A stretch of DNA of 64,000 bases, taken from the NCBI GenBank assembly GCA_964035545.1, contig OZ037767.1, forward strand, positions 17,233,781-17,297,780, in the 5' to 3' direction. The notes below the pieces were generated by a model. That model made no database searches, was not told the origin of the DNA, and saw only the letters and a list, made by a program, of their open reading frames with translations. The stretch is from Bugula neritina. Taxonomy: Eukaryota > Animalia > Bryozoa. Positions 14,134 through 27,947 of this stretch are shown here, one piece after another (position 1 is the stretch's first letter; every line of letters starts with the position of its first letter). Made by a program: the position numbers and the translations under genes.

Positions 14134-14466
14134 TGCTGGAATGTATTGTAAAGCTGATGTATGATAATTTATACAAGAATGCGCCACGGGTTGGAAATTA
14201 TTCCGGTTCATGTCTTTCATTGATGACAAAACTGATTTTACTTCAATTTCTCTCCAGGCACAAGTCTCTCTGGATAGTTGGCGTGTGACTTGTAAATAAA
14301 TTATAATATTAGTCATTACTAACTTGAGACTAACTTGAAATTAATTTAAAATTAACTTGAGTCTGACTTAAAACTAACTTGAGACTGACTTAAAACTAAC
14401 TTGAGATTATATTGAAACTAGCCCGGAACTAACTCTAGATGTTCTCAAACTAGGTGTTGTTTGCCT

Positions 14467-14676
14467 ATACACAGTAATATATGCTTATATACAGTAATAT
14501 ATACACTGATATACAGTAATATATATGCTGATACACAGTAATATATGCTGATATACAGTAATATATATGCTGATATACAGTAATATATATGCTGATACAC
14601 AGTAATGTATATGCTGATATACAGTAATATATGCTGATATACAGTAATATATATGCTGATATACAGTAATATATAT
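14467..14676. repeat. 20-22 bp minisatellite (TATACAGTAATATATATGCTGA)
   Basis: Tandem copies. Confidence 0.9.
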
Positions 14677-15038
14677 GTTATAAAGGTTTATGCTGCAATC
14701 ACCTGAGCTACACAAATGTCTAGCAAGTTTATTTTTGTGAACTTCTCTTTTTACCTGCAACCGATAAGTAACCCTCTTTGTATCTGTATATTATATATAG
14801 GAGGATACAAAATCTACTATGTTAGCACTTCAAATTCTTTTCTTTTCTTTATGTTGAAATTTCAATATAATCAAATATTTGTCAAGAACTTGTCTTTTAT
14901 AGACTCACTACTTTTCAGTCTTGACACAGCTGTGAAAACTTACCAAGTATGTTACCAGATAGTCTTATTCTTTAGATGAAGTGGGTTTGAACTGGTGGGA
15001 AGTAGGAGTTATCTTATCTAAGCAGAGCAAAGCACAAG

Positions 15039-18000
15039 ATGACTTTGGTAAGACACATCTATACTACTTATTTTATTCTTCTTTGGGTTTACATGCAGCT
15101 ACTATTATGTGATTGGAACATCGCATGGAACGACTTACCTCTCTATAAAATCACTTACTTCTCTATGGAATAACTTACTTCTCTATGGAATAACTTACTT
15201 CTCTATGGAATAACTTACTTCTCTATGGAATAACTTACTTATCTATAAAATAACTTACTTCTGTATGAAGAAGCCGTACCTCTCTATGCCCCAATATCAG
15301 CTTTGTGGAGCCCCCTTTAAAAAATGGGGTGCAAAAATATTTAGTTTAATATAATTTGTAAGGCTAATGTGCGTAAAATTCCTTTTTTGTGAATTTAATT
15401 TATGTGAATCAATCACAGTGACTGAGCGAGTGAAAAGTGAGTCATTTTGATTATAAATCATGTGACACTATCACTCCTACTGACTCAAAATGATAACAAG
15501 TTTGACTGAGAGCTAGACATCTGTTACATTTCTAAGACTTTTATCCTCTAATGTTTACAAACGGATGTGTTTGCAGATGTCAGCAGTGATTGCTGTGAGT
15601 ATATTAGCCGGACTGGCCATGCTAGTTGTCATACCCATACTCATTGTACTCTACTACCGCAAACACCGCCAGGCCAAGCGTCTGCAACACCAGCTGGACA
15701 TGCAGCTAGTGGAGGTCAGCAAGAAGCAGACGTCTATGCCCAGCTCACACGTCAACTCGCTGCCTTGTAGACTCAAGAAGAAGCCGAGCAGCGCTGGAGG
15801 CAGCAGGAGTGCTGCCGGAGAGAGCGGAGTTTATGACATGTCGGAGATTTCTCAGCTGACTGAGTCGTAAGTGACTTTATTTCAATGTGTTATTTTATTA
15901 TATTATTATATATAATATAATATTCAGTATTATAATATTATATATTATTGTATATATTATTATGATGGTAAGCAAATATGTTATTAATTGTTATTTTTAT
16001 TTAGTTTATGTGCATCCATGTATGTAGTTTACTTTAAGCCTATTGTATTCTTCTACTGTTCTCTACAAAACAGCTGCGTGTTGGTTGCTAGGGGTTACTG
16101 TTTCAGTTGCCATGGTGATTAATAATCACTGACAATAATCTGAGCTTTGTGATACAGCAATGTGATGCAGTAATGTTATATCTCCTAGCTAGTTGAGGAT
16201 GTATGATTAGCTTTTCCTAAGCCTCTAAGTAACTACAATATTGTGTGGATTATATGTTATAGTGTGTTGTCACTTTCAGTGAGTGGATAACTCTAGAATA
16301 TTTAATGGAGTTTTCTATTTACTTTAATTTCTATAGTTGTATAGTATTGTGTATCTATATAATACATCTACACTGTCTATATAATACATCTACACTGTCT
16401 ATATAATACATCTACACTGTCTATATAATACATCTACACTGTCTATATAATACATCTACACTGTCTATATAATACATCTACACTGTCTATATAATACATC
16501 TACACTGTCTATATAATACATCTACACTGTCTATATAATACATCTACACTGTCTATATAATACATCTACACTGTCTATATAATATCTATACTTCCTATAT
16601 AATATCTATACACTTTCTATATAATATATACACCGTCTATATATTATATTATCTACACTATATAATACTTCTACACTGTCTATTATGTAATATGATGTAG
16701 ACCTAGTAAACACCACGCTGTCACAGCTACCTATGCTGACAGCGACGGTACGTCTCACAAACTCTACCTGTACGGAGACCTGTCACCAGACGACCACCTC
16801 GTCGTGAAGGAAGTTATTTCTCACCACATTCACACGGCACAGGAAACTCGGCCCCCCAGTCTCTCTCCTAGGGAGTCTAGAATCTCTTCTCAACAATCAG
16901 TCCACGCGTCCTCTCACAATACCGATAGCTTGACTATTCCAGGTAAAGGCGAGACTATGTGGGCACATGCTTATTCATCTCCATATTCATTCAGTCTGCA
17001 TGTTGTAGTACAACTTAATATATGATTGCTGTTTCTGTTTTAGACTTGCACTGTACTAGCAGAGCCTCTCTTTCATTGGATGACATCACCATAACAGGGC
17101 TAGATAACTCCCACATCTCATACGGTGAGTGTACTCTTGTATGTTGAGATGCGTTTAAATAGCAATTGCCTTTCTTATTCGCATCACTTCCTGTCATATA
17201 GGAAACAGGAAGCGGCTGACAAATTAAAAAATAGGACTCATCAAATAAACAGAAATGTTAATTTGAAGTTATTTATTTTGGCGACTAGATTTTTTTTATT
17301 TAGCCTGCTAAAGCATTTCTCTGGTATTTATTGATATAACACATAATTTATACTTCGGCTTCTCTTGCAGAAAATGAAGGCTACAGAAAGGACGAACACG
17401 AAAATCTCAACGGAACGAGCAAGAGGAGACAACAAGTAAAGAAAACCATCTCAGCACTGAGTAACAGAATGAGAATGAATATCAAAAGAGAAGACAAATC
17501 ATCATCTAGATGTAAGAACTGATTGACGTAATGTCAACTTCAACTCTCACTTACTTTGACTTGGGAGTTAGGAATAGGTGTATCGTGTTATATATGAGCT
17601 ATATAGCTTTGTACTATGGCCATTGTATGTACTCTAGGTATTATACTATACAATATACATGTAATATACTTACCTCTGTGTACTATACTTACCTTTATAT
17701 GCTGTACTTACCTCTATGTACTATACTTACCTCTATGTACTATACTTACCTCTATGTACTATACTTACCTCTATGTACTATACTTACCTCTATATACTAC
17801 ACTTACCTCTATGTACTATACTTACCTCTATGTACTATACTTACCTCTATGTACTATACTTACCTCTATGTACTATACTTACCTCTATGTACTATACTTA
17901 CCTCTATATACTACACTTACCTCTATGTACTATACTTACCTCTATGTACTATACTTACCTCTATGTACTATGCTTATCTCTATGTACTATACTTACCTCT

Positions 18001-21000
18001 ATGTACTATACTTACCTCTATGTACTATACTTACCTCTATGTCCTATACTTACCTCTATGTACTGTACTTACCTCTATGTACTGTACTTACCTCTATGTA
18101 CTATACTCACCTTTATGTACTATACTTACCTCTATGTACTATACTTACCTCTATGTACTATACTTACCTCTATGTACTATACTTACCTCTATGTACTATA
18201 CTTACCTCTATGTACTATACTTACCTCTATGTACTGTACTTACCTCTATGTACTATACTTACCTCTATGTACTATACTTACCTCTATGTACTATACTTAC
18301 CTCTATGTACTATACTTACCTCTATGTACTATACTTACCTCTATGTACTATACTTACCTCTATGTACTATACTTACCTCTATGTACTATACTTACCTCTA
18401 TGTACTATACTTACCTCTATATACTACACTTACCTCTATGTACTATACTTACCTCTATGTACTATACTTACCTCTATGTACTATGCTTATCTCTATGTAC
18501 TATACTTACCTCTATGTACTATACTTACTTCTATGTACTATACTTACCTCTATGTACTGTACTTACCTCTATGTACTATACTTACCTCTATCTACTATAC
18601 TTACCTCTACGTACTATACTTACCTCTATGTACTATACTTACCTCTATGTACTATACTTACCTCTATCTACTATACTTACCTCTATGTACTATACTTACC
18701 TCTATCTACTATACTTACCTCTATATACTATACTTACCTCTATGTACTATACTTACCTCTATCTACTATACTTACCTCTATACACTATACTTACCTCTAT
18801 GTACTATACTTACCTCTATGTACTATACTTACCTCTATCTACTATACTTACCTCTATGTACTATACTTACCTCTATGTACTATACTTACCTCTATGTACT
18901 ATACTTACCTCTATCTACTATACTTACCTCTATGTACTACACTTACCTCTACTATTGTATTGTTTGTCCCTAGTCAGTGACTCAGCATGCCACTCCCCCT
19001 ACGCGACACAGAAGTCTGCTGTGATTGGACAATCTGGTGGTGACATCATACTCAGTGGTGGAGTCAAACTATCTATTCCACCCCACGCTCTTTCTGAGAA
19101 AGTACAGATTACGTTGGGGGTAACCTTTGACCCCCGGCATCAACCCCATGTGAGTGTATATGAAATATGTTTGTGACTTGAAAACCACAACTTTTCTGTT
19201 TAAAAGTTTTGACTCGTGTTTAAATATTATTATATTCCCTTGTTTTTGAGCCTTTTCTATAAAGTTTTTATTTATTCTGTTCTCTTGGTAGACTTTGCTT
19301 TTTAACTAAAGAAGTTTTTCATTTTATTTCAGCCCATTTTTATTTAAAACAGAAATTTTCACATTCTTGTTCTTTTCGTTTGAGATCAACTTACGGAAAT
19401 CTGTTTTGCGTTTGGTGGAACTAATACTAAAGTTTATATAGTTTATATGTAGGAAAGCGGTTAAACTGATCCTTTTTCTTCGATAACTCACTCACACAAG
19501 TTTATAGTCACTATCCCTGTGAGAAACCCCTGATGTTAAAGCGGGCTAAGGACTTATTCAGATGTGACACAGGAGCAATTATGACTGGATGCTCTTCCTA
19601 ACATCACCAATGGCCTTTGGCTTGTGGGATATTAAATATTACCAGTGTAGCTTTAGTTCTTGAGTTAGAGAAAATGTGTCACGTTAACATAGTGTATTAA
19701 GTGTAGTGAGGTCAACATACTTCTACTAATTCAGATCTATTGGTTGGTCTTGCTAGCTCCTGATTGGCTAGTGTATTGTAACTAACTCTCTGATTGGTTA
19801 ATATATTGCAGCTATCTTTTGATTGGTTGATGTATTGTAGTTAGTTATCTGATTGGTTGATGTATTGTAGTTAGCCGAGGAAGAAGGACTGATAACTCCG
19901 ATAGTGTTCTGTCAACCCACTGGTTTGAAGTTCAAGCATCCAGCGACCCTCTCCATGCCCCACTGCGCCCTCCAGGTTCAAGACAATTGGAGAGTAAACA
20001 TCTACAGCAGCCAATCAGATGTCGAGTTGACAGAAGAAGCTCAGTGGAAGATCCTGCAGATAGGAGAATACGAATCTAGAACGTTCCGTGAGTTCTCTCA
20101 GTACAGCTATTTGTTACCTGCTACAGGAAATGCATTTTGTGCAGCCATCTTTGTTGTCTGTTTTTCATAAACTTTTGCGTGATTTTATATTGGATTGAAC
20201 ACTAAACTAGTTCAGTAACTTGATTTGATTTGGAGTGACTTGACTCAAAGTGACTTGACTTGAAGTGACTTAAGAATTTCTTTATCACAAAAATGGTAAA
20301 TTATCTCATATATAAAATGCAGACGGTTCAAGAGTTGTCTAGTTTGTGGAGACCCAGAATATTAGCTGATTTCCACTTACCAAGTACAACATCTTTATTA
20401 TAATTAAATAATTTCTTACTAGATGAGCACAAAGAAATCTGTGAGTAATCAATTTATTAGCTTAAGGCTGTTTCGTTTCCATGGCAATAACAAACCATCA
20501 CTTCCTCCTACTTCTCGGTGCACATGCTGGTGAAAGAATCACTTTTGTTCATTTATAATTTATCTTCGGCTGAACTTCAGTTCTTAGACATTTTTGTTTT
20601 AATCAAAACGTTGAAACCGCGATTGACTGCTGCTAGCTGAAACAGAATTAAACTTGCTATAAGTTCGTATGACATGATGATATAAACAAGAATGCTGTTT
20701 GATATTACAGACAGACACGAAGTGCAGCTCTGTGTGAATCATTTCACCATGTACTGCGTTACTGGAAGCTCTAAGAGTAAAAGAGCGGCGTGTAAAAGGA
20801 AGAAAGTTATTGCGTTGGCTACTGAATCTGCCGAAAACTGTTTCTCTGTGTACTGTGTGAATTGTTACCAGCAGAAGGTCAATCAGCAAGTAAGAGTATG
20901 ATGATATGGTATCAGGGTGTCCAACCTTTTTAAAATGAGAACCACTGAAATAGAATATTCTAGTGGCGAGGGCCATATTGTAAAATTAAACTTGAGCTGG

Positions 21001-23035
21001 GGGCCACAACATCAGTTTTTCTTCAAATAACTTTATTCCAAATTCCTATGATTCATTATACAAGAAAGTCCTAATAATTACTGCAGGCTGCATGTTTTGT
21101 AGCATTTTACAGGATACTTTTCTATTCCAAGTCATATAATGCAAAATAATGTTTTTTGTTACGTCTTTGAGGGCCACAGATTGGCTGGGGGCCACATACG
21201 CCCTGTGACCGCGTGTTAGACAGCCCTGGAACATAGAGTATTCTGATTATATTTAATTTTGTATATCACTGTTTGCTACGGTGTGTAAGTAATGGCGTGT
21301 GAGTTACAGTGTGTAAATCAAGAAGTGTAAGTAACATTTGAACATCACATTACAGAATGGAGCAGCTGAATCGACTCCCCAGAGTCTTGTAGTAGAATCA
21401 GGGGGCGGAGCTATCAAACTCGCTGTTGAAGGGCTGACAGATGACTGGGCATACTCCATGGACTCGACTCAGCAGATGTTGGTATGTGTCAGTCGGTGTG
21501 TGTATGTGTCAGTCGGTGTTAGCAAGTGTCAACAGGTGTCAGCATGTGTGTCCGAAGATGTCAGTAGGTGTTTGTGGGTGTCAGCAGGTGTCAGCATGTG
21601 TCAGCAGGTGTGTGCATGTGCCAGCAGGTGTGTGCATGTGTCAGCAGGTGTGTGCATGTGTCAGCAGGTGTGTGTATGTGTCAGCAGGTGTGTACATGTG
21701 TCAGCAGGTGTGTGCATGTGTCAGCAGGTGTGTGCATGTGTCAGTCGGTGTGTGTATGTGTCAGTCGGTGTCAGCATGTGTGTCAGAAGATGTCAGCAGG
21801 TGTGTCAGAAGATGTCAGCAGGTGTTTGTGGGTGTCAGCAGGTGTGTGCATGTGTTAGCAGGTGTGTGCATGTGTCAGCAGGTGTGTGCACGTGTCAGCA
21901 GGTGTGTGCATGTGTCAGCAGGTGTGTGTGGAATAGGAACATTGAAAACTTCTCAGAAACATACAAAGCTGGGGTCACATACTTTAATAGGCATGTGTCA
22001 TATCGTGAAATGTGGGATAAATAAATATGCATGAAAAAAGAATTCAATTAATTTCACCTGAGACACCTTTACTTTGCCTGTGGTTCCGTAGGTTGCAGTA
22101 TGACTATCAGTTGCAGACGACCCTTCAAAGTTTACGTTATTTGATATAATTTTAAATGTGATTTTGGTTTAGATATCACTCGAAGACGCATGGCAGGATC
22201 AGCTGCACTCCATCAGTTTGTCTCTCCAATCAAAAGAGCTTGCAGATGACATCACGTGTGACCTGTGTGTGTGGCAGACCACCCAGGGTGGCTCACACAA
22301 GTACAAAGTACCGATTTATTGTACAAACACGTTGAAGGTGAGAGATTGACATTGCACAGTTATATAGGTACACTCTTTTCTGTAATAAAGTTTTTATAGA
22401 TGGGAGTTAGTCTTATTTTATTAAGAAGAATAGTCTGATTATTAGCTTACAGGTTTAACTGTTGCTGGAGCTTTTAATAAAAACTATTTTACTTATAAAC
22501 ATTTAAGTGACAGTAGAATTTGTGAGCTCTTTGTGTAGACCAAATAAGTTCTCTTTACACCAGCAGGGAGGAAAGGTTGTGGGAAGGAAAAGAAGAAATA
22601 TCTTCACAGAAACACTTAGCTGGGATCTTAGACTACTACTAGACCCAGTACACGTTGAGGGGAGTGACTGGCGGAAACTTTCCGAAGAGCTCGGGCTATC
22701 ACAAGACACTATCAAGGTACTTGGGCTAGTTTATGCATGCCAAGTGTATTGAAGGTTGATTCAAAGCCTCCTTATAAACTTGCCTTTATGCTGTTTGTTG
22801 GTCATTTTGAATAAACAAAAACTTTTATCAATGATTACAGAAAATGGAGGAAAATGCCTCCCCAACTAAAGAGTTACTGAAGATATGGGAGGACAACTCA
22901 CATGGATGTATCAAGTCTTTCGTTGCTATGGCAGTGAAGATCGGGAGATTGGATGTGGCGGAGAAGATAGAAGAACACGTCGGGAAATTGTATTTAGAAA
23001 CTCTACCCAATCACAAATGTACTGACCACTGCTAG
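15039..23035 (+). CDS. UNC5C-like protein (N-terminal TM, ZU5, UPA-like region, death domain); coding exons [15039-15047], 15577-15866, 16701-16942, 17371-17511, 18974-19149, 19871-20087, 20711-20889, 21356-21481, 22173-22337, 22564-22716, 22841-23035 (~630 aa)
   Basis: TM VIAVSILAGLAMLVVIPILIVLYY followed by RKHR. ZU5 motifs IGQSGG..LSGGVKLSIPPHAL, ITPIVFCQPTGLKFKHPATLSMPHCA and VNHFTMY. Death domain LLLDP..EGSDWRKLSEELGL...SPTKELLKIWE...IGRLDV. All exon phases are consistent. Confidence 0.88.
15133..15265. repeat. 20-bp minisatellite (TAACTTACTTCTCTATGGAA)
   Basis: About 6 copies. Confidence 0.9.
16355..16625. repeat. 22-bp minisatellite (CTATATAATACATCTACACTGT)
   Basis: About 12 copies. 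Confidence 0.95.
17665..18952. repeat. 19-bp minisatellite (TATACTTACCTCTATGTAC), ~65 copies, intronic
   Basis: Stop-free in all three + frames, giving three spurious 450-490 aa ORFs. Confidence 0.97.
19498..19620 (-). mobile_element. SINE-like repeat, copy 3
   Basis: Homologous to 6068-6240. Confidence 0.65.
20913..21228. mobile_element. hAT/Charlie-type MITE in an intron
   Basis: Terminal inverted repeats CAGGG-TGTCCAAC ... GTTAGACAGCCCTG and internal GGGCCACA motifs; no clean 8-bp TSD seen. Confidence 0.65.
21484..21930. repeat. 20-bp minisatellite (GTCAGCAGGTGTGTGCATGT) starting at a splice donor
   Basis: Tandem copies; explains the Cys/Val-rich ORFs. Confidence 0.93.
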
Positions 23036-24626
23036 TGGTTACACAGCTAACCAATAGCATTCCTCCTTACAGTTGTAGAGCAAATGAAACCTATTCCCGC
23101 GTTCACTGTAGAAGTTGTGAAGACAAATTTCCCGTCTAGACAGCATAAAATAAAATTATTTTTTTTATGATATTTACTTAAAGTTAATGCTCTTTATAAT
23201 GATTTGTAAATTATTTTATTGCATTCAATGAATTTTTATAGTAATAATTAAATAAATTTATCTTAATCGAATTGTTTAAACGAGTAATATAAATATACAG
23301 TAATTATAAATGAACAATTTAACCACAGAATAATTATAAATGAGAAATAAAGAAGTGGCTCAGAATTTTAAGCAACTGATTTACAAGATAAATGTGAGGA
23401 TGTGTATCCTAGTGTGGCGCTACAGCGGCGTACCTTACAAGACAGTTCTGGTATTGTTTAGTAGTACTAGTGTAGGGTGTGGCGCTACAGTTGGCATGTG
23501 GCACTGGAGACTTTCCAACTAACAGTTACACTAACATACAGTACAGCACAGTATATATTATATAATAATTATTATATACTATGTATGTACATTATAATAC
23601 ACAGTATATAATATAATACACAGTATATAATATAATACACAGTATATAATATAATACACAGTATATAATAATATAATACACAGTATATAATAATATAATA
23701 CACAGTATATACAGTATAGCACATATAGTATACGGTATAACCCACAGTAGGTATATATAGTAAAACGCAGAAGAGGATCTAGGATGGTAGAAGTGGAGGA
23801 TAGAGGAGGGTAGAGGTAGAAGATAAAGTGTCCTATATTATATGCATTTTATATGAGGTAGGCCTTACTGTTCATATGTCAGCTGTATTTCCACATACAA
23901 ATGTGATATCTGTAGATTCCAAGTTCTAGTGTTGCATGGGTGACAGGAGAGTTTGGGATTATTATAGCACATAGGTCACACACAAAATTAGTAACCCTAA
24001 AGACCTTGATCAATCTACCTGCATAGGCCAAGTGCTAAATGATTCAACAGCAGTTTGTGTCACAATAAGTCACACCCTTACCCTATATACTCACATGTTT
24101 CCAGCATGCTCTGGAGTTTGCATTCAGGGACAGTGTTACAGCATGTGTAGCTTGACTATGGCATTCTACTAGCAGGTGTTAGCAAGTGATAGACTTGCAT
24201 GCCAGAATTATGTGTTCAGTGATAATATATGCAGTAGCTGAAATTACTTTTACATAAATTATTTTCTATCTGATTGGCAGACCCAAAAGAATGCCACAAA
24301 CTATTGAAATGTTAGGCAAGTTTTGCCCAACCCTGAGGTGTGTAGCCTATCAACTTTATGATTTATTGGTTATTATTCTAGTCCTCTACAATAACAGACA
24401 GACTTCAATCATAGCATAGAATTTGACAGTTCATACCACTATACAGAACTTGTAGACTAATTTCTTTATACTGCTCTCCAAACGTAGAGTGCTATGTTAT
24501 CACTAAACTGAAACTTTTATAACTTACTGCATATTAACGCCAGACAAGAAAAATGAAAAATTAAATGTTTTAGCTTCTTATAGTCAAATATGGAATGTTT
24601 TTTGTAGTGTTGAGCCCACCCAGTGA

Positions 24627-24697
24627 TCCCTATGGTGTAATGGTTAGCCCGGTTGCTTGCAAAGCTGGAAGTCTCCGGTTCGAATCTCAGTGGGGTC
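24627..24697 (+). mobile_element. tRNA-derived repeat (SINE head or pseudo-tRNA)
   Basis: TGGTGTAATGGTTAGC A-box and GGTTCGAATC B-box; same flanks as 660-728; acceptor stem imperfect. Confidence 0.6.
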
Positions 24698-26677
24698 AAA
24701 GTTTTACAGTTCTAATCTCTACAACTTTATTCACTGATTATAAGCAAGAATAGTCCCAGCCAGTGCTGAAGTTACAATACCCAAGTGTGATTAGTGGTCC
24801 TCTTAATGTGACAGTCATGTCGGTTTATTTGCAGATCAACTGAGAAACACATTTGAGAAGTAGTTGGAACCATCTTGTGCCGCAAACTCCTGCCGTATGT
24901 CCCAAACTTTGTAGGTTCATCTCCTAAAGTGGGTCAAAGCTTATGTGCCATTTTTACTAGCTGTTTGATGAACTCAACATATTTTATTCAAATAAATATA
25001 TTCAGTTGAAAGGATTATACATAAATTATCTTTTAGCTGGAGTTGACAGAATAAAAGAATGATATACTTTAAGCCCAGCCCTGAGGTGTGTAGCCTATCG
25101 ACCATATAATTTATTGGTTATTACTCCAGTCCTACGCATATTGAGTGTTACATTGAATATGACGCAGTTCTTACCATTGTCTACTGTATTCTGTACAATT
25201 TACCAACCTTTCTTACACCTTTTCTGCTTTACAAATCTTTCCAACCTGTTTGTCTAGTGACTGTATGTTTTGGTAAATCTATCAAAGGTACGTCAAGTGA
25301 GATTCAAACTATCAAGGCATGACCACAGCTGATGTCAAGCTCACATTCTTCTGCAGAGAAACAATGATTGGCATTTCCTGCTGATTCAACTCTAGTAAAT
25401 GGTCCATGAAGTATGAGTTTAGCAGTGAAAAGGTTTCACTCATTCATGTCTTTGTGGTAGATGCAGCTCCTTGTTTGTTCAGTCACAACTCTAATCTCAC
25501 AACTCAACTAACCTCAACATGCTGGAGAGAGTGACTTGTGCTGTGGTACTGCTTGTGGCTGCTTTCTCTATGGCAGAAGTTTCTGGAAATGTTCAGTTCT
25601 GTTTGCCTTGAATATGACAAGGCCAAAGGAAATACTGGCTGCTCGTACTTTCTAGATTAAGAGGAGTGGTGACAAAAAGTAAGAGCGTACTCCTTCAGCT
25701 TGAAGAAGCTTGTTGGTATTTGTGACTTTAGAGCTTATCTTTTGGTAGTATCTATGGCTTTAGAGTTTACATTTTAGCAGCATCTGTTAGATTTAAAATT
25801 TTGACAATCATTATAGAGTATTGTGTTTGTGTTATTTCAACTTTCATTGTATGAGTTATATGAAACTTTAGTGCAACAGGATATTAAAATCCTTTACCAT
25901 CAATATAGAATTAACAGGCTTAGTTCTGCTAGCCCTGATAAGATTTACTAACCTAGCTAAGTTAATAACGTGTTATTGCTTTTGCTGATTAGAAAACATG
26001 ACATGAAAAAACCTTCCCGGCTGCTCATCATCTCATTTCAGTTTGGAAACTCTCTGATTGGTGAGATGTCGTCCAATGACATGACAGTCGAACCAAATAG
26101 TAGTCTAAAACATGCTGACCTTGTCAACAAGATCTTATTGGCTACTAACTTTAAACAACCCTTTTTATTACGAAGCTATCTGCAGGTAACCTAATATAGT
26201 TCAACATTAAAACCCAGTTGAGCCTTAAATCTCTATAAAACACCAAAAAATATTAAGAAAACAGAGAGAAGTTGGGTGGAGTTTATTCTTCAAGAACCAC
26301 GAATGACCACTCAGCCAAAGTGTTTATTTGAAGTGAAGATTTATCTTATTCTCATAATCTCTGCATAATCAACTTATAACTAACCTTCACAGTACTCAGC
26401 AGATTAACTGTAAATCTAATCTAGTTAATGTTGCAGACGTTATCCTGTTGCTAAGCACTGGTTTCCATGGTGACACATAGAAAAGTTCTTGCAAATTATC
26501 TTCAAGTGGGCGTCACTTCTATGCTCTGTGATATGCAGAACTTAACTATATAATGATGACATGAGCTATTTGAATTGAATTATATTCTATTGGATGTTGT
26601 GCTGTGTGAGGAGGTCATAGTTGACTAGGGAACAGAAGTGGTAGGACTGGACTTTAGAGCTGGAGAGGAAAAGAACC

Positions 26678-27947
26678 ATGGACTTAAGGAGTATACTAGC
26701 TCTTAGTGTTTTGATATTAACAGCATCAGCTTGGCCAAGTGGAGCACCTGCTGAGGCTTGTAGAACAAGAACTCCTAACCACGGAGTTTTTGCTCAGAAC
26801 TCTACGTGTCCTTTTGATTTCGGAGGTCTTGGATGGATTCCGGGACAATTTACTTACAGTAAGTTGATGCAACTTTTCATGAACAAGAGTTTTATAACAG
26901 AATAATATGTTATCATAAAAAAAATTTGTCCTCAAGTCTAGATCACCAAATGTCTCGTTAACATTAATGTATTATCCTAATATAAAACTTGTTTTGTTCC
27001 AAGTAGCATTAGCAAATATAGTGAATGTATAATAATAATTGGAATATAAGTAAAGACATGGTGAAATGCTAAATTCTAATAAGTTGTCAAATAAAAGTTA
27101 AAAAAGATAAATTATAATATGTCAAACAGAACGTGTTCGAAACGTGATCAATTTGATTGCAGTGGGAATATTCCCTGCAGAAGTTGGGTCTCCTTTACGA
27201 TTTAAAGGATTTCTTGCTAGTGTGTACAAAGATGGCAAACCAATCGGAGAAATGAGACCAGCCAATTCCCTTATAAATAAACCAAACACAGCCAGTGTTA
27301 AGACAACCTGCAATGGAAAATCTTCTCTCACTCATGCCAACAACCAGGACAAAGAAGAGATTATATTTCAATGGAAAGCTCCAGCTACTTTGCAACCAAC
27401 CGATGTAGTAGAGTTGAGGTGAGTTTAGCAATCTTTCATAACTTTAGGAATCTAGAGAATTGTACGCCAAATGAAACTGCTGATTTTATAGAACATAGTG
27501 ACTAGGGCCTAAATCTGTTGGTTTTATTTTCCTTTTGATGTAGAATATATAACAATAGACCTATAATCAATAAACCTAAGTAATTCCTATATAAGATAAA
27601 ATAGTTTATTAATTTAGATTCAGCTGTGATAAACTGTTCATATTTAGACCACTTTAACCAAATACCTCTCCATTACTCTCCGTGGCAATTAGACTTCTAA
27701 AATGCCGCTACGCAGCTAAAATTGTCTTTAATGAATTGCATAGATATTATTTTCAACATTACTAAAAACTAATTATTCAAATGAGTTTCTGCCCAAATTA
27801 TGTTAGTAAACGATTGATTTGCTAATTCAAACTGTTCCAAGCTATAACTGCGGCTTTTGTAGACTGACCGTTGTGCTCAACAGAGAAACATTCTGGGTCA
27901 ACTGCCAAGTAGCAACTTTGAAGAGTCTACAAGCTGATCCGCTGTAA
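26678..27947 (+). CDS. secreted single reeler-domain protein (defense-protein-like); exons 26678-26858, 27163-27418, 27863-27947 (173 aa)
   Basis: Signal peptide, then reeler motifs WPSGAPAEAC..RTPNHG...Q, FKGFL, TCNG..SLTHAN..DK....FQWKAP, LTVV....TFW. Phases are consistent. Confidence 0.9.

Noticed and set aside
17531-19176. Three 450-490 aa ORFs rich in Y/L/T
   Set aside because: Products of a stop-free 19-bp minisatellite; only 18974-19149 is a real exon.
21338-22034. Cys-rich metallothionein/keratin-like ORFs
   Set aside because: A 20-bp intronic minisatellite read through from a real exon (21356-21481).
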